In this document: positions 16,901-20,852 of the stretch, piece by piece
Position numbering within the stretch: position 1 is the stretch's first letter
How the letters are laid out: every line of letters starts with the position of its first letter
Source of the DNA: an uncultured Chthonomonadaceae bacterium
GTDB lineage: Bacteria > Armatimonadota > Chthonomonadetes > Chthonomonadales > Chthonomonadaceae
Assembly: GCA_963835065.1 (NCBI GenBank)
Contig: CAWIEK010000066.1
Coordinates: 1-20,852, forward strand
Direction of reading: 5' to 3'
DNA length: 20,852 bases
Notes under the pieces: model-generated
Database searches by the model: none
The model's input: the letters and a program-made list of their open reading frames with translations, nothing else
Told to the model about the DNA's origin: nothing
Translations under genes and position numbers: made by a program

Positions 16901-18942
16901 CCAGCCTTGCAGGAACCGTCAGCATCACGGTCAAGCAGATACTCGCGCCCACCGCCAGCAATCAAAGCGTGACCACCAATCAGGATACGGCTGTCAACAT
17001 TTCTTTGTCGGCTACCGACCCCAATACGCCGCCCCGTCCCCTGACGTACAGCATCACGTCCAACCCCGCGCACGGCACATTGAGCGGCACGGCTCCCGCC
17101 GTCACCTACACGCCGACTGCCGGCTACTTTGGCAGTGACAGTTTCCAGTTCAAGGCCAACAACGGCGTCAACGACAGCAACATTGCAACCGTCACCATCA
17201 CCGTTGTCGGTAAGCCGACGGCTAATAATCAAAACGTAACGACCAGTCAGGATACCGCCAAAGCAATTACCCTCACCGGCTCCGATCCCAACAATCCGGC
17301 GCGTTCGCTAACGTACACCATCTTAACCAATCCTACACACGGCACACTGACGGGAACTGCGCCCAACCTGACGTACACGCCGACTTCGGGCTACTTCGGC
17401 ACGGACAGCTTTACGTTCAAGGTGAACAACGGCAGACTCGACAGCAACGTGGCGACCGTCAGCATCACCATCTCGCAGGCGGTTCAGGCTCCCACCGCCA
17501 ACAGCCAGAGCGTGACTACCAATCAGGACACGGCCAAAGCGATTACACTGACCGGTTCCGATCCCAACAACCCGCCGCGCAGCCTGACCTACACGGTTGT
17601 CTGCCAACCCCACGCACGGAACATTAGCGGAACCGCGCCCAACCTGACTTACACGCCGACTGCCGGGTATTTCGGCGCGGACAGTTTCACGTTCAAGGTC
17701 AACAATGGCTTCATGGACAGCAACGTGGCGACCGTCAACATCACCGTCAACCAGGTAGTTATGGCTCCGACCGCCAATGGTCAATCGGTCACAACCAACC
17801 AGGATACCGCTGTGGGCATCACGCTCACGGCTACCGACCCGAACTCGCCGCCGCGCAGCCTCACCTATACGGTTGTGTCCGGCCCGACGCATGGAACCCT
17901 GAGCGGCACGGCCCCCAATCTGACGTACACGCCGACTGCCGGCTACTTCGGCGCGGATAGCTTCACCTTCAAAGCCAACAATGGCGTGAAAGACAGCAAT
18001 GTGGCGACGGTCAGCATCACCGTCAACCAGGTGGTTCAGGCTCCGACCGCCAACAGCCAATCGGTCACAACCAACCAGGATACGGCTGTCGGTATCACCT
18101 TAACGGGTTCCGACCCGAACAGCCCGCCGCGCTCGCTGACGTACACCGTCCTATCCAATCCCACGCACGGCACGTTGAGCGGAACCGCGCCCAATCTGAC
18201 GTACACGCCCACAGCGGGTTACTCCGGCAGCGACAGCTTTACGTTCAAGGTGAACAACGGCGTCAAAGACAGCAACGTGGCAACCGTCAGCATCATCGTG
18301 AATCAGGTGATCATGGCTCCGACTGCCAACAGCCAGAGCGTGACCACCAATCAGGATACGGCTGTCGGCATCACGCTGTCCGGCAGCGACCCGAACTCGC
18401 CGCCGCGCTCCTTGACCTACACCGTCGTTTCTATGCCGGCAAACGGGACGCTCAGTGGCACGGCTCCCAACCTGACGTATACGCCGAACGCCGGTTACTC
18501 CGGCAGTGACAGCTTCACGTTCAAAGTCAACAACGGCGCGAAGGACAGCAATACGGCAACCGTCAGCATTACCGTCAATCCCGCGCCTGTCGTGCCCGTA
18601 GATGTGAGCGGGCAGGTCACGGTGACGCGCAGCGCGTTCGTGTTTGACCGGACTTCGGGCATGTATACGCAGACGGTCACGCTGACCAACACCGGCGCGG
18701 CTATCAATGGCCCCATCTCGCTCATTCTGAGCAATCTGACGAACGGAACGCTGCAAAACGCGACGGGAACCACCGGCGCGGTCATGCCCGCCGGACGCCC
18801 GTACATCAACTTGCCCGCCGGCAGCCTCGCGGCCAGCGGCAATCCCGGCGCATCGGCCACCATCGTCCTGCGCTTCAGCAAAACCGGAAGCGGAGGCATC
18901 AGCTACGCCACGCAGGTGGTAGCCGGGCCGGGGCCGCGCTAA
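13942..18942 (+). CDS. Large secreted adhesin-like protein (1666 aa): signal peptide, SBBP/beta-propeller region, 8 Ig-like (Big_9/tandem-95-type) repeats, C-terminal beta domain
   Basis: GGAGA RBS and a signal peptide ([15 protein letters not shown]). N-domain motifs [45 protein letters not shown] and [25 protein letters not shown].G propeller repeats, then ~90-aa repeats. Confidence 0.88.
   Translation: [1666 protein letters not shown]
16405..18580 (+). repeat. Eight tandem ~270-bp Ig-like domain repeats
   Basis: Consensus [78 protein letters not shown]. Confidence 0.92.
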
Positions 18943-19088
18943 AAACACGTAAAAGATAGGGGAGGAAACAAACCTGCTTTTGCAGAATGTTTCCTCCATA
19001 CCTTCATCATCTCTACGCAGCAACTCCATGCACAAAATAGCCGCTTTCAGCCGAACGCAATTTTGTGGGGAAAGGACAAATTCTGTCA

Positions 19089-19781
19089 ATGAAAAGTTTT
19101 TCGAGGCAATACAAAGGGCTTCTTGTGCCCGCCTGCATCGGGCTTGGGCTTTGCGGCCTCCATTCACGGGCTGAAGCCCAACTGGATTTCCACGTAGACC
19201 TCAATACCTCCAGCCTGGCCGGGGGCAGCTTTTTCGTAGACTTCGCGCTCAATGACGGACACTTTGGCAGTTCGGGAACCGCAGATGGGAATAATACCGC
19301 TGTTGTGAACAGCTTCAATTTGGGCGGCGGCACGGCGGGCGCGATCTTGCCTCCCACGCTCGGCAGCGCTACGGGAACCATTGCCACCGGCTTTACGCTT
19401 GTGGATTCCGATCCGGGGGGAGTGGCCGATATTGCGCAGGGCTTTACCGCCGGCAGCAAGCTGGACTTTGATGTCCATCTGACTACGAATGTAGATGCGG
19501 GCGGAACGCCGGATCAGTTTCTGTTTCGGATTCTGGACAGCACGGGCGCGACGATTGCCACCAACGATCCAAGCGGCAACGATGGCTTTATTGACATTCT
19601 GCTGAATTCCCCGACAATAACCGTCAACGACGTAACTTCTTTCAGCAGCAGCACCCCTCCCTTGACGCCCCCAACCATTACCAACCTCAACACGGTTCCC
19701 GAACCCGGTACGCTGGCGCTGCTGATCGGCGGCCTCTGCTCCGGTTCCGCGTTCGCGTTCCGCCGCCGTCAGCGTAGGTAA
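19089..19781 (+). CDS. PEP-CTERM sorting-domain protein (resembles the NF038129 family)
   Basis: AAAGGA RBS and a signal peptide ending AEA. The mature N-terminus is FHVDLNTSSLAG..F.VDF.L.DG and the C-terminus is VPEPGTLALLIGGLCSGSAFAFRRRQRR. Confidence 0.9.
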   Translation: MKSFSRQYKGLLVPACIGLGLCGLHSRAEAQLDFHVDLNTSSLAGGSFFVDFALNDGHFGSSGTADGNNTAVVNSFNLGGGTAGAILPPTLGSATGTIATGFTLVDSDPGGVADIAQGFTAGSKLDFDVHLTTNVDAGGTPDQFLFRILDSTGATIATNDPSGNDGFIDILLNSPTITVNDVTSFSSSTPPLTPPTITNLNTVPEPGTLALLIGGLCSGSAFAFRRRQRR

Positions 19782-19813
19782 TCGCGCCCTGACTTCTGTA
19801 CTACCGCGCCAAC

Positions 19814-19854
19814 AAAAAGCCGCCGTCTCTTGAGAAGGGAGAAGGCGGCTTTTT
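19814..19854 (+). terminator. Intrinsic terminator (possibly bidirectional)
   Basis: AAAAAGCCGCC (19814-19824) ... GGCGGCTTTTT (19844-19854), after the PEP-CTERM stop. Confidence 0.85.
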
Positions 19855-19931
19855 GCAAATCTATTCCTGCTGCGCTATTCTGGCGACAACTACCCAAGCG
19901 TAAACGCCGGAACTTCTACGGTAATCCCGAT

Positions 19932-20510
19932 ATGTCCTTACCCCTGCTTGTTATTGTCACCGGGCCGCCGTGTACCGGCAAAACAACACTCGGACGCCGC
20001 ATCGCGCAGGAGTTCGGCCTGCCGTTTTTCTACAAGGACGGCTTCAAGGAACGGATGTACGACGCGGCAGCCGAACACAGCGGGTCGCCGGACATTCCGC
20101 GCGAACTGTCGCGCCTGCTCGGACGCTTCAGCATGGACAGCCTGCTGTTTGTGGCGGAAAGCATGCTTGCCGCCCGCCAGAGCCTGATTCTGGAAGCCAA
20201 TTTCGACAATCGCCTGTTTTCGCCGCGCCTGGCCGACCTCCGAGCGCGCTATGAGTTTCACGTCGCGCAGATACAACTCAAAGCCGACGGCCAAACCTTG
20301 CTGGAACGCTTTATCCGGCGCGAACAGGAAGACCGGCATCAGGGGCATCAGGGCTTGCGTCATCTGGAAGAAGCCAAACCCATCCTGCTGCGCGGCGAAC
20401 AGGAACCGCTCACCATTGAAGGCGATCTGCTCACGCTCGACACCACCGACTTTGAACAGCTACCCTACGAACAAATCCGCCTTCTTCTCACGTTACACCT
20501 GCGCCCCTGA
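19932..20510 (+). CDS. P-loop kinase/ATPase (AAA_33-like)
   Basis: LLVIVTGPPCTGKTTLGRRIA Walker A; also KD.FKE, LILEANF and L.ERF..R...RH.GH. Confidence 0.85.
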   Translation: MSLPLLVIVTGPPCTGKTTLGRRIAQEFGLPFFYKDGFKERMYDAAAEHSGSPDIPRELSRLLGRFSMDSLLFVAESMLAARQSLILEANFDNRLFSPRLADLRARYEFHVAQIQLKADGQTLLERFIRREQEDRHQGHQGLRHLEEAKPILLRGEQEPLTIEGDLLTLDTTDFEQLPYEQIRLLLTLHLRP

Positions 20511-20629
20511 CCCTATTGTTCTGCCCAATATACGTTGGCATCCATCCATACCGCTGATTACCATTTGTGCGCTTCGGGTATGTTCTCCTACCTGATTTTT
20601 AAAGTACGCGGAGCTATCTCAAATTTTCC

Positions 20630-20693
20630 TTGACATGCTGCGACTTCACGCTATAATAATACTGGAGCCAATTTGTACTATACACGCAGGAGG
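20630..20693 (+). promoter_or_regulatory. Consensus sigma70 promoter and RBS
   Basis: TTGACA (20630-20635), 16-bp spacer, TATAAT (20652-20657); AGGAGG at 20688-20693. Confidence 0.75.
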
Positions 20694-20701
20694 ATAAAAC
20701 C

Positions 20702-20852
20702 ATGTCTGTCATAGACGTTGACGCGAAAATTGCAAACAAAATCAACATTCCTGTTCCTGCTTTAGACAATAAGGAAAAGGATGGGGCAGGCTCTGCAACT
20801 CAAGAGGCTGCTGTTGCTAAAGCGGAAGATGCCGAGACATTGACTGCCACAG
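20702..20852 (+). CDS. Hypothetical protein, 5' part only
   Basis: ATG 8 nt after AGGAGG and open to the window end: MSVIDVDAKIANKINIPVPALDNKEKDGAGSATQEAAVAKAEDAETLTAT. Confidence 0.65.
   Translation, partial: MSVIDVDAKIANKINIPVPALDNKEKDGAGSATQEAAVAKAEDAETLTAT

Noticed and set aside
16405..18580. CRISPR or non-coding repeat array
   Set aside because: The repeats are in-frame ~90-aa domains with synonymous divergence. No repeat-spacer array is visible anywhere in the window.
5655..19931. Longest-ORF starts at 5687, 6231, 9882, 11199, 12213, 13816, 13888, 19065 and 19830
   Set aside because: Downstream ATGs have better RBSs, stop-start coupling or match the family N-termini.

Overview
GC-rich bacterial window, probably Armatimonadota (inferred from the style of the PEP-CTERM tails and the GH42-like giant). 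Left to right: the 5' end and left end of an IS200/IS605-family tnpB element carrying a 78-bp MITE; a decayed PEP-CTERM gene; a 74-aa hypothetical gene; a ~1470-aa GH42/beta-galactosidase-like protein with long disordered Arg/acid-rich arms, split by two single-base frameshifts; a yqiJ/yqiK-like NfeD-flotillin pair; a ParDE toxin-antitoxin pair; a P-loop kinase; a cell-surface module; a second P-loop kinase; and a partial gene behind a consensus promoter. The surface module comprises three tandem phage-tail-collar proteins, a GNAT, a DUF6916-like protein, a large beta-propeller/Ig-repeat adhesin and a PEP-CTERM protein, with no phage genes in the window. The two most interesting signals are this module and a pervasive set of 7-bp tandem repeats that form inverted pairs between genes and sit in-frame inside proteins. 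Several indels, including a self-compensating pair, suggest sequencing errors. All family names come from motif recognition, not database searches.
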